64,000 nt of DNA, taken from positions 125,593 to 189,592 of the IMG/VR virus record IMGVR_UViG_3300020577_007233. One strand, 5' to 3'. The stretch's first letter is position 1, and each line of letters begins with the position of its first letter. The notes under the pieces are model-generated. The model worked only from the letters and a program-made list of their open reading frames with translations. It ran no database searches and was not told the origin of the DNA. A program made the translations under genes and the position numbers. Origin of the DNA: a virus. Its lineage: Duplodnaviria > Heunggongvirae > Uroviricota > Caudoviricetes. Below are positions 28,101 through 36,232 of the stretch, piece after piece.

Positions 28101-31100
28101 AACGTCGCTAGAACCACAAACTGGGCAAATAGTGCCTGGTGGCTTAGGCTGCATATCAGTATCTTCGCCACCCATCATGTCTTCGCCTTCGCCGCCAAGC
28201 TCGCCTGGCTGACCGCTAAGGTTTTCGGCTGGTGGAGCGCCAGTTGCGCCCATATCAGCGCCTGGCATGGTTGCTCCCATACCACCCGCTGCTCCGCCAC
28301 CACCCATGCCGCCACCCATTTGACCACCCATCATCTGAGCTTCTTTAACAAGCTCGTTTCTCTGAGCAGAACGATTTGCGGTCTTCCTTGGCTGAGGCTT
28401 TTCAGTTGCTGTCTTAACCTGAGTCAATACAGAAGCAAAAGCGGTTTTCTCTTCAGCAGAGCAAAGTCTTTCTTCCTTGCATTCTGCTTCGAATACGCCT
28501 GCTTCCTTATCCAAGTCAACCTTGGCAATAACAAAAGGAACATCAATATGATTCTTTGCGAAAGAGTGAAGAGCCTTCATAAAGGAGGCCTTATCACTAG
28601 GATCAACAGTTACGTCCTCGGACAATGTTCCGCAGACCTTGTAAAGACCGTCTTCTGGACGATCAAGTTCAGCAAAAGCTTGACGGAACATGCTGTTCTT
28701 GTCAACAACTTCAACCGTATCTGTCGTTCTAGAAGCAATCTTGACTTGTGCTGCGCTTTCCGCAGAAGCAAAAGCCTTCTTGTCGCTTACAACGAACTTG
28801 ATAGCATCAATGAAATCCTCAGACTTGTGATTTCCGATGTTATCGCCCATTGCGGCAAGAAGGCCGTTTACTGGATCAATTTTGTTTGCTGTGTTTGCGA
28901 ACTTGGCAAAGTAGCTAGAACGATTACGCTCTGCAACTCTTGCTGCAACCTTGTTTGGAGAACCATTGACAAGAGCCAAATATCCTGCCTTGATAGCTGC
29001 ATAAGGAGAGTCAGTCATTTGACCGAGAGCCTTAGAAACATCAGTTGGAGTAAGACCATATCCGGCAATAGCGTCTGCTACGGTTGCTGATGCAGCCTTA
29101 ACGAGAGCCTTTGCAGAAGATGCCCAACGCTCAGAATCAGACTTACCTTCTGGGGAAACCTTCTTCTGGCTATTGAGTTGGTCTTGAGTAATCGTCTCAG
29201 GCATTGTCCACTTGTGGGACTTCTGCAAGCTCTGCAATTGAGCCTGGGTAATTTGTTCTGTATAGTCACTTCCCAAAGAAGACGAGACTCTGCGACTCAT
29301 CTCAGTCCACTGACCTTGGGTAATAACTTCAGGGAAGTCACCCCAACGAGCAAGAGGGCCATCGAGAGCTTCAAGCTGAGCCTGAGTCACAACTTCTGGT
29401 GGAGAGTTCTTGCGAAGCTGTCCACTGTCAGAAGTTGTGTCTTTAACTGGAGGAAGACCGCCATCGCCATCAAGCTGTGCTTGAGTGACTACTTCTGGGG
29501 CCTTGTTTTCTCTAGGATGAAGAGGTCCAGCATCTTCGAGTTGCTTTTGTGTTGTAACTTCCTGTTGTGAGGTATCGCCAGACGCTACTTTGTTCGTTTT
29601 TGCAGACATATTAACTCCTAGTTCTTTTTGATATTGACTAAATATAACCTTAGCCGCTTCCTGTGGATTTGAAGCAACAAGACCCTTGATCTCATCGCCA
29701 AATTCCTCTGCCGAGGCCCAGCTTACCAACTTATCATTATTCCACTTACCAACAACCAATCCATCGCCTTCGATATTGGCAACGGTTATCTTTAGATTCC
29801 CATTAGAAAATTCAGCAATGTGTTCAGAATCAGCCACTTCTGTTCTCCTTTGAGCAAGCAGAACTAGAGATCCACGTAGGGCAGAGCTTACGAGACCTAG
29901 TTTACTGCTAATATTCTCAGCTTGTTTAGAAAAATCCTTCTTTAATTCTTGAGACGCCCCTGTAAAGGTAGGTCGAGTTACGCTTCCTATTTCGCCCAAA
30001 CTTGCAGAACTTGGGGAAGAGTTCTGTGTTAAGCTTTGAGCAGGAGGTGGTTGTTGTTGTCCAACTTGTGCTGGATTTGAGACCTGCTGAGATTGTCCAG
30101 AAACAGGCGCTTGCATCATGTTTCCAAGAGCAATTTGCTGATCTGAAGGGGAAGGCAACTGTGCATATCCCATTTCAACAAGCTCGTCGGTTAGAGACTG
30201 AACCTTAGCAAGCTGTTCAATCAAATCGCTTACATAATCCATTTGGATTTGTTGCTTTTGAGCCATCATCGAACGAGCAACATGCTCCATAAGATTCATA
30301 GCCTGAGTAAGAGCTTCAACCTCAGTTTTGCCTGCGGTTTTCTCCATTGAGCCTTCTGGCATCTTATCAACAGCGCTCTTAAGGGCAAAGGCAACCTTCT
30401 TCAACTCCTGAATCTTTGAGGAAGAAGTTGCTTCTTTTACCATATCAAGATTAAGGATGTCACAAACGAGACAGTCGTGACATGCCGGATTTACAACAAA
30501 GCTATCTTCTATGAATTTGATGTCATAGTTCCATTCATAAACCTTTGCTTCTTTGTGCATAAGTTCATGAGACTCTGACTTCTTCTTGCCGTCTAAGGGA
30601 CAGTCATCTTCTGGTTTGCAAGAGCTTTCGTGATACTTGCAATCATACTTTCCGCTTACTTTTCTGTTCTTACCATTCTTGATGTGGGTGCAAAATTCGT
30701 CAGCAGTATGAGCCTTATTATGACATATAGAGCAAAGAGAAAAACCAACCTGGGCACCCATTGAAGTTCCAGTTATGTAGCCCTCTTCAATACCCCTAGC
30801 AAGACGAGGATAGGCGTTTCTGTCAACCATGTTGATGCAGTAAATACCCTTTAGATCATCATCATACCAAGAGTGAACAACCTTGCCTCTTGCGTTTTCT
30901 ACATTGTCATTTTGGTGGTTAACGAAAACAGGAACTCCAACAAAAGTATGAGCAGCTTTCTTTAGCTCATCCTCGTTGAAGCAGTCACCGTTGTCATTAA
31001 CTTCATTTGCTTTGATCGCAAAAACCTTGACAAACAAGTTGTCTGGGTTCTTTTCAATAGCCGCCTTGAGATCAAAGCCGCCAAGGTCTGCGGCCTTGGT

Positions 31101-31220
31101 TTTATCAATCGAAGCAACCTTGATTCGAGACGTATTGTAAAACTTCCATGCCCCCTGATTGGGAACATGGAGAGCCTCGATAGTCATTTTTGTATCAGTT
31201 TTGGCTCGTTTTTCAAACAT
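25194..31220 (-). CDS. Prohead maturation protease fused to a very large scaffold/core polyprotein (2008 aa)
   Basis: N-terminal HK97/assemblin-type protease (NGDCF..DEL, VFVNHQN His, GTSMG Ser, CSICH Zn motif). Then acidic low-complexity regions and several Cys clusters. Lies between portal and MCP. Confidence 0.8.
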   Translation of the reverse strand: MFEKRAKTDTKMTIEALHVPNQGAWKFYNTSRIKVASIDKTKAADLGGFDLKAAIEKNPDNLFVKVFAIKANEVNDNGDCFNEDELKKAAHTFVGVPVFVNHQNDNVENARGKVVHSWYDDDLKGIYCINMVDRNAYPRLARGIEEGYITGTSMGAQVGFSLCSICHNKAHTADEFCTHIKNGKNRKVSGKYDCKYHESSCKPEDDCPLDGKKKSESHELMHKEAKVYEWNYDIKFIEDSFVVNPACHDCLVCDILNLDMVKEATSSSKIQELKKVAFALKSAVDKMPEGSMEKTAGKTEVEALTQAMNLMEHVARSMMAQKQQIQMDYVSDLIEQLAKVQSLTDELVEMGYAQLPSPSDQQIALGNMMQAPVSGQSQQVSNPAQVGQQQPPPAQSLTQNSSPSSASLGEIGSVTRPTFTGASQELKKDFSKQAENISSKLGLVSSALRGSLVLLAQRRTEVADSEHIAEFSNGNLKITVANIEGDGLVVGKWNNDKLVSWASAEEFGDEIKGLVASNPQEAAKVIFSQYQKELGVNMSAKTNKVASGDTSQQEVTTQKQLEDAGPLHPRENKAPEVVTQAQLDGDGGLPPVKDTTSDSGQLRKNSPPEVVTQAQLEALDGPLARWGDFPEVITQGQWTEMSRRVSSSLGSDYTEQITQAQLQSLQKSHKWTMPETITQDQLNSQKKVSPEGKSDSERWASSAKALVKAASATVADAIAGYGLTPTDVSKALGQMTDSPYAAIKAGYLALVNGSPNKVAARVAERNRSSYFAKFANTANKIDPVNGLLAAMGDNIGNHKSEDFIDAIKFVVSDKKAFASAESAAQVKIASRTTDTVEVVDKNSMFRQAFAELDRPEDGLYKVCGTLSEDVTVDPSDKASFMKALHSFAKNHIDVPFVIAKVDLDKEAGVFEAECKEERLCSAEEKTAFASVLTQVKTATEKPQPRKTANRSAQRNELVKEAQMMGGQMGGGMGGGGAAGGMGATMPGADMGATGAPPAENLSGQPGELGGEGEDMMGGEDTDMQPKPPGTICPVCGSSDVDVLDGKGKCGNCSAEFAYKVDLEITKYPGLLDAGGEEGGEGEEDALGDESGGGFALPEGGDTATDPASIPVAAMTQLRPEMIRKATDDAKANGSKWSLGSISPYTGSTSVMKLSDNKFLCLDTGATYEVHVAGVQNKNKKAIFAEWRFEALPATSNCESCRRKKSAIASALKIHGVEEEVFDSMLLLDKGNTILAMKAKGLLNTTKTASKGSSVLQRLKKTAAFGSKFPIETCREKIARKFGENALALSGPCEGNNLADCVCKRLSTAGVYSNDVAIKVASVWAEEDGMVSCVEDFVRSKKFNMKQACFICDQLKTKYAQFDDSLADELSGDSGGMGGMGLGDSSESSEAPPAPHGEGSEFGDDVDPFANDEGDIGGPEGGAPALPGEGQESGLGGDIGGGLGGGPGGGLGGTVTIELPLDIIENLDKAIDIAKGENPAAEPHHQTPLSGEAVIEMPGAAVEGLDQAADKVLDTAVDATKGLGGIVNDTLNAVDGAMGESPSGPVDANPVEHADAPLGGEPGEGDVPSETEIPSADGEAPEGDASTEEPSSEGGEFGESEENSEEKEDSSPDFGNSDESESSEETHMAQAEQATRAFKKGKIGGTGEINLDLSGVMAVLAKQQGKSVKVAKEVSLQNAQDDKDIGTVSDGSTMGNEEKFDAKKPEVFSGDANMGGEKDAGYDNSKPKASFDSGGAEMGEEKAQGYTAEKQNVATGGEKGQGNVSASSKTRTASLAERIVNATLKTANDKKLDKAAPVSEDGDTKPYAANKDNPKSGNPITPQESADIGKIEAGSSSFMGHEKETLSDVPKEENSAPSIPAGGGTNAKYDNNEKNAPEKQTAHKGTVIAGGDTESSAAKKEAATRVAGRKLKAGMITIDKLASEIEKLSRYESSDLRDLENALFGASKKGLDTVAKGSEKPLIISEKSNQRKIASELKDSLQSLFTLNKKNILASEDPTTEVRKMNYRS

Positions 31221-33069
31221 TTGAGTTCAATCTCCTAATCAAGTCTCTTGCAATAGAAGCCATTCTTATATCTGGATTGTCCTGTCCTTCAGGTAACTGC
31301 GGAGCTTGCTGAGGGGGCTGCTGTTGAGGAGCTTCCCTGTTTCCAACAAACTGCTTAAAAGCTTGAGCTGCCTTTTGAACACTTCTAGCATCAGGCTGTA
31401 ATCTTGCAAGAGGATCTACAGCCACAGCTTTACCTTCCTCATCTTCTACTATTTTTCCTCCATTGCCGACTATAATTCTTTTCATTTCTGATATAGCATC
31501 GGCTAATGTCGCAAGACCACTTCTAACTTCTCTCCAAGGAGACATGACAATTTTCTTTTCAGCAAACTTGTTTTCGTAGTATCTTTCGCTTGCCATCATT
31601 CTTGGTATGGATATTTGCTTAGCTACAACAACAAAAGTTTGTCTGTTTGTAATAACCGAGTTGCCTTCTTGTTCGAGATTGCCTTCTGGAAGATCCTTAT
31701 ACTGAGTCATGTTAGGATTACCAAGAGTCTTACCTTGTCCGGCGTTTCTTCCTGTTGTAAAATCAGGTCCGGCCATGTAAACGATGAAACCTTCGAGAGA
31801 AGTGTGAAGCTCTTCGTCTGAAGGGACTATGCGACCTCTTTCATCAAATTCTGTAGTGCTGTTCTTCATTTGCAGCCACTTTCTAAGCTGCTTAAGCGCA
31901 CTTATGGAATAAGGAAACTCATCTTTAGTTTGAGGATTATGTATCTTGTTTAGAGTGTTTTCGTCATCAATCAAGTAAACATACTTATATCCGCTAGCAA
32001 CCTCTTGTGCGTCAACTTCGCCATCGCCTTGATTACCAACGCCGTCTTGATCAATTTGAGCGGTAACTCTATAAGTCTTACCAAGAGTGTTTCTGTTTGC
32101 TAATGATGTTACTTGTTCAAAGGACAAATATTGCTTATCGCCTTTTGTCCTTTGAACTTTTTCGCCAGTTTCTGGATCAATAGAAGGCCTTCCTCCTGCT
32201 CCGTATCTTGATTTTTTCTGTAGATAGAAGGCTCCATTATCAGGATCGGCAAAGATTCCCCATATACGAGCTTCTTGAGTTGGATCTGCCTGAATCGTTG
32301 CGTCAGCGTTGCCAATGTAGTTTATACTGTCTGGAGTGACATAAACAGCGCTACGATCCATAATGATTGGTTCATTAAAGAATTTCTTCATTATAGTGCT
32401 GTTCGAAGTAACTGTTTTGTCAAAAATATAAGTGATTCCACCGTCGCTTACAATGGCAAAGGTAAAACCCTCTCCCGCAGGAACAACTTGAAACGTTCCG
32501 TTTACTGAACGAGGATATTGCTTGCCGCTAACGTTTTCATGTATCTGTCTTGGAATCTTGTTCCTCTTCTGAGCAACATGATAATCAAGCCCTCTGTTAC
32601 CCAACGCTTGATATGCATAACCAAAGATAGACAACCAGTGATGGGAGCCAATTCCCTTTTCAACGGCTTTGCCATTTACGGTTCCGCCCATATCAGGAGG
32701 AAGTTGAATACCAAACTCTCTAACAAACTTTGCTGTTTCAACAAGAGTTGGAGCCTCTCTAGATAACTCATTTAGCCTTTCTTCTGAAACAAGCCTATCT
32801 TCAGCATACGCAATCCTAAGCATACCCGCATAGTCTCTGCTTTGAGCGGCGGGAAACTGAGCAAACGCTCTATCAAATTCAGCCATTTGCCTTTCTATGC
32901 TATCCTTAACAACTTCAGGAAGCTTAGACAATCGCTGTCTAAACTTATTTCTGTCAAACACATGAAAATCAAGACCTCTGTTCTTGACATTAACAGTGCC
33001 TGGCTGAGAAGCCATGTCAGACTGCTTGAGCAATCCTTGTATCAGTGATTGAGGAGTACGCTTATTCAT
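31213..33069 (-). CDS. Hypothetical protein (618 aa), possible internal head protein
   Basis: Long ORF between portal and protease, with ATGA-coupled start. Confidence 0.65.
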   Translation of the reverse strand: MNKRTPQSLIQGLLKQSDMASQPGTVNVKNRGLDFHVFDRNKFRQRLSKLPEVVKDSIERQMAEFDRAFAQFPAAQSRDYAGMLRIAYAEDRLVSEERLNELSREAPTLVETAKFVREFGIQLPPDMGGTVNGKAVEKGIGSHHWLSIFGYAYQALGNRGLDYHVAQKRNKIPRQIHENVSGKQYPRSVNGTFQVVPAGEGFTFAIVSDGGITYIFDKTVTSNSTIMKKFFNEPIIMDRSAVYVTPDSINYIGNADATIQADPTQEARIWGIFADPDNGAFYLQKKSRYGAGGRPSIDPETGEKVQRTKGDKQYLSFEQVTSLANRNTLGKTYRVTAQIDQDGVGNQGDGEVDAQEVASGYKYVYLIDDENTLNKIHNPQTKDEFPYSISALKQLRKWLQMKNSTTEFDERGRIVPSDEELHTSLEGFIVYMAGPDFTTGRNAGQGKTLGNPNMTQYKDLPEGNLEQEGNSVITNRQTFVVVAKQISIPRMMASERYYENKFAEKKIVMSPWREVRSGLATLADAISEMKRIIVGNGGKIVEDEEGKAVAVDPLARLQPDARSVQKAAQAFKQFVGNREAPQQQPPQQAPQLPEGQDNPDIRMASIARDLIRRLNSNV

Positions 33070-33509
33070 GCTCTAACATGCTCCGGTATATCAGCATTTA
33101 GAAGAGATTCTTTAGTGTAAGGAATCTGTTGCTTTGGAATCTTTGTCCCCCATCTCTGACTAGCATAGATTAGGGCTGCTTTGATTGTTGGAAAATACTC
33201 ACCGTAAGGCGAATACGTTTTGGTATCTGGATCTTTTGTAAACTCTTCAATAGGAATCTTCTTAATGCCTGCAAAGAACATCTTTCCTACGCTATGCTGA
33301 ACAGATGGTCCAACAACAACATAGTACATGGAGTTGGTGGTGTAATCATGACCTTCCCAGCGATAATAAGAACCGTATCCGATCTCTTTCTCGAACTTTT
33401 CTTTCAGCGAAGCTGAACGTTCTCGATAGATCTCTTCCCACTTTATGCCTCGGTCTTTGATTCTTTTACGACCGGCTTGTTTGTTTAGATTGAAGATTAG
33501 ATCGCTCAT
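33066..33509 (-). CDS. Hypothetical protein with N-terminal FNLNKQAG motif
   Basis: ORF coupled directly downstream of portal. Confidence 0.7.
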   Translation of the reverse strand: MSDLIFNLNKQAGRKRIKDRGIKWEEIYRERSASLKEKFEKEIGYGSYYRWEGHDYTTNSMYYVVVGPSVQHSVGKMFFAGIKKIPIEEFTKDPDTKTYSPYGEYFPTIKAALIYASQRWGTKIPKQQIPYTKESLLNADIPEHVRA

Positions 33510-35824
33510 CCTTCTTTGACCTCGCTATTATCAACGGGAGAACACTTTGAAACAGTACAACCCTCAAAAGGACTAAACTGCCCTGTAATGTATTTCGCTT
33601 GATCCCAGGCTTGTGCCTTCTTTGAAAGAGCTTTCTTTTCTTTTGCGGCTTCTGAGACTTCTTTTTCTATTACTTGTTGAACTTTTTGTAGTTGCTCACC
33701 AATAGCCTGCTCAGTAAACCTAATAACTCTCCATCCCATAGAAGCAAGGTTAACATCTCTTTCCTTGTCGCTTTGCTTGTCTTCGTAAGTTGAGTGCCAC
33801 TTTTCGCCATCAACCTCAATGTCAACACCTATTTCTGGAATAGCAAAATCCATTAGATAGAAGTTTGAATCATTAGGTACTGGCTGCTTGTATTGAGCAA
33901 ACAGTCTAAATGGCAAATTCATAGCCATCAATGTTCTATACATCTTTGATTCTGGCTTTGTTAGCTGAATTGTAGTTGGCTGAATCGGTTGAGGATTTTC
34001 GTCTTCTTTTGGCCCCTTTCCTCGGCGATATATCTTTTGCTGAGAACCACCGGCAGTCGCCCCCATGCCTCCGCCGCCACCGGCTCCACCCATACCGCCG
34101 CCAGGCGCTCCACCCATACCGCCGCCAGGCGCTCCACCCATACCGCCACCCATGCCTCCGCCCATATCCATACCACCAGGCGCTCCGCCGGGTCCGCCCA
34201 TGCCGCCCGCTCCGCCCATATCCATACCGCCAGGCATACCGCCAGCGCCGCCGCCAGCACCGCCCATACCACCGCCCATTGCTCCTGCCATCTGACCGCC
34301 GCCACCGGCGAGCATTCCGTTCTGCATAGCACTAACTTGTTCTTCTCTTATGCGTTCAACTTCTCTGTCATAGTCAAGATCGAATTGTTCAAGAAGAGTT
34401 TGAGTTGATATAAGGCCGCTCTGCTGCATCTGCAAAAACATTTGCAACTGATTAGAGTTATCCCTAAGCTTTAGGTCATTCCATTTTACCTTTGGGTATA
34501 GATATACCGTCTCGCCAAACTCTTCAGTTTCTTCCTCGTCAATGAAGCCTTGCATCTTCGCTACAGGCAAGAAAACATGCTTTTCAATCCATTGGGCAAG
34601 TTCGTTTCGCCAAGACTCTAGACGACGAATCATAACTTCAACACCAACCTGAGCGGAGTTGTAGCCAGCCATTTCTCCGTTAAGGAGTGTTTGGTTAAGC
34701 ATAAGACCGTCTAGAATTTCTTTGCCAACATATTCAAGTTCTTGATTGATGTTATGAATTTTACCACTAGCACCATACCATTCATACTCAAAATTGTTGT
34801 GAGTAACAATGGTAAGGTTTGGATCGTTAGCAACAGCAGAAAGCTGAGACGATACATCTGCCAAATCTTCTTCAGTCGCAGGACGTTCATCTGAGCCGAG
34901 TTGAACAACTCTTACTGGAAGAATGAGCCTTTCAGCAACAATCCAGTTAGCGGTCATGAGTTTCGTTTTGTAAGCCAAGCTTGTAAACAAACGACGGAGC
35001 AGAGATTCTCCGTAAGTTCCGTATGGAACTCCTCCGTGTTTTATGTGACTTGTAACTGTGTTAGAAAGCAAAATCGGCTTCTTAGCCAAAATCTGCATCT
35101 TAATGTTGTCTGGAATCTGATCGTACAAAAACTTGGGCTGTTTGGTTTGAACAATCTTTTGAATCTCTTCGTCTGGAAGCAAAACAATTTGAGGCTCATT
35201 AGAAATAGGAGTCTTCATGACTTCAATCCAGTCAGGATTAAGAACAGTCATGCGAGCAATGCTACCATCAGGGTGGTTACATCTTTCATTCGTTTCTTTG
35301 TCTATACCAGAACCCTTGCAATGAGGGCATTCGATTTCGGTCATGATATAAACGTCACCGAGCAAGAACCTTTGATGGCTTATCATTCTAAGCCAATACA
35401 TCAAATCAATCTTATCTATGAGCCTTTCAAAGTAGCGAAGCACGCTCTTCTTCTTGCATTCAAGCTTGAGTCCGTTTATTGGAAACTGAGAATAGAAGTC
35501 AATGCCTGCGGCAACTTTGGGTTCGTTTTCGTAATAATGCCTTGCCCATTGGTAGATTTCTTTTCGCTTACTTGCTATCTGCCAGTTTTGCGGAGTATGA
35601 AGAGGAGAAAAGAACATTGGCTGAGTCATAGTGACGTTTGCGCCACTGCCAGCAAATTGAGAGTTCTTCGTTATTGGGAAATTAATAACAGTAGAGCCTG
35701 TATAGGTCGAAGACTTAGTAACGCTGCTTTCTTTCACAACTGCTCCTTTTAGAGCAGATATTTTGGCAGCAGCCTTCTTATCAGGCAATTGCATCTTGAT
35801 TGGTTTCTGTTCATTTTCAGCCAT
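33506..35824 (-). CDS. Portal protein with C-terminal DUF559/Vsr-like endonuclease domain
   Basis: Portal-type core (IYQWARHYYENEPKVAAGIDFYSQFP, LLRRLF..L.YK, IRRLESWRNELAQWIEKHVFLPVA, P.VKWNDL.L). Gly/Met linker, then DFAIPEIGVDIEVDGEKWH...RD..L...GWRVIRF. Confidence 0.8.
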   Translation of the reverse strand: MAENEQKPIKMQLPDKKAAAKISALKGAVVKESSVTKSSTYTGSTVINFPITKNSQFAGSGANVTMTQPMFFSPLHTPQNWQIASKRKEIYQWARHYYENEPKVAAGIDFYSQFPINGLKLECKKKSVLRYFERLIDKIDLMYWLRMISHQRFLLGDVYIMTEIECPHCKGSGIDKETNERCNHPDGSIARMTVLNPDWIEVMKTPISNEPQIVLLPDEEIQKIVQTKQPKFLYDQIPDNIKMQILAKKPILLSNTVTSHIKHGGVPYGTYGESLLRRLFTSLAYKTKLMTANWIVAERLILPVRVVQLGSDERPATEEDLADVSSQLSAVANDPNLTIVTHNNFEYEWYGASGKIHNINQELEYVGKEILDGLMLNQTLLNGEMAGYNSAQVGVEVMIRRLESWRNELAQWIEKHVFLPVAKMQGFIDEEETEEFGETVYLYPKVKWNDLKLRDNSNQLQMFLQMQQSGLISTQTLLEQFDLDYDREVERIREEQVSAMQNGMLAGGGGQMAGAMGGGMGGAGGGAGGMPGGMDMGGAGGMGGPGGAPGGMDMGGGMGGGMGGAPGGGMGGAPGGGMGGAGGGGGMGATAGGSQQKIYRRGKGPKEDENPQPIQPTTIQLTKPESKMYRTLMAMNLPFRLFAQYKQPVPNDSNFYLMDFAIPEIGVDIEVDGEKWHSTYEDKQSDKERDVNLASMGWRVIRFTEQAIGEQLQKVQQVIEKEVSEAAKEKKALSKKAQAWDQAKYITGQFSPFEGCTVSKCSPVDNSEVKEG
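34086..34147. repeat. 24-bp coding tandem repeat (2.5 copies; GGMGGAPG)
   Basis: ccacccataccgccgccaggcgct x2 plus a partial copy. Confidence 0.85.
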
Positions 35825-35837
35825 GCTGTTTTCCTAC

Positions 35838-36188
35838 TTATAGACCAAGATGGTTTGCTGAGTGTTCAACGTTGCTCATATGAGACTCGTCAACAACGTC
35901 AACATCGTCATCAGAAATCATCCTCTTAGGTTTTATCGGTTTATTGGGCAGAGAAACCGTTTTAGGAGGCAACATTGTCTGAGCAGCCCTTGGCATTCCA
36001 GGAACATGCATTCTAACAGTTTCATGCTCATTCTGTCCCTTTTGCTCGCCAGGTTCACTGGGTTTTGGTGGAACCAATTGAGAACGAACTCCGGCGAGAG
36101 ACCCACCGCAGTTCGTGCATTTTGTATCGCTTGATTTATTGTCAGACTGGCAGATTGGGCAAACTTTCTTGTTACCAATCGGCTTCAC
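35838..36188 (-). CDS. Zinc-ribbon protein; probably the frameshifted C-terminal extension of 36233-37453
   Basis: CPIC-x9-CTNC. GTG start has no RBS. Frame stays open upstream to the A9 run at 36237-36245. Confidence 0.6.
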   Translation of the reverse strand: MKPIGNKKVCPICQSDNKSSDTKCTNCGGSLAGVRSQLVPPKPSEPGEQKGQNEHETVRMHVPGMPRAAQTMLPPKTVSLPNKPIKPKRMISDDDVDVVDESHMSNVEHSANHLGL

Positions 36189-36232
36189 TGTATTAATGGA
36201 AGGAATCGGAGGAATGCCGTAGCTTTCAGCCG

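Noticed and set aside
33506-33960. Portal C-terminal nuclease as part of an intein
   Set aside because: No Cys/Ser start block, no terminal His-Asn and no C-extein.
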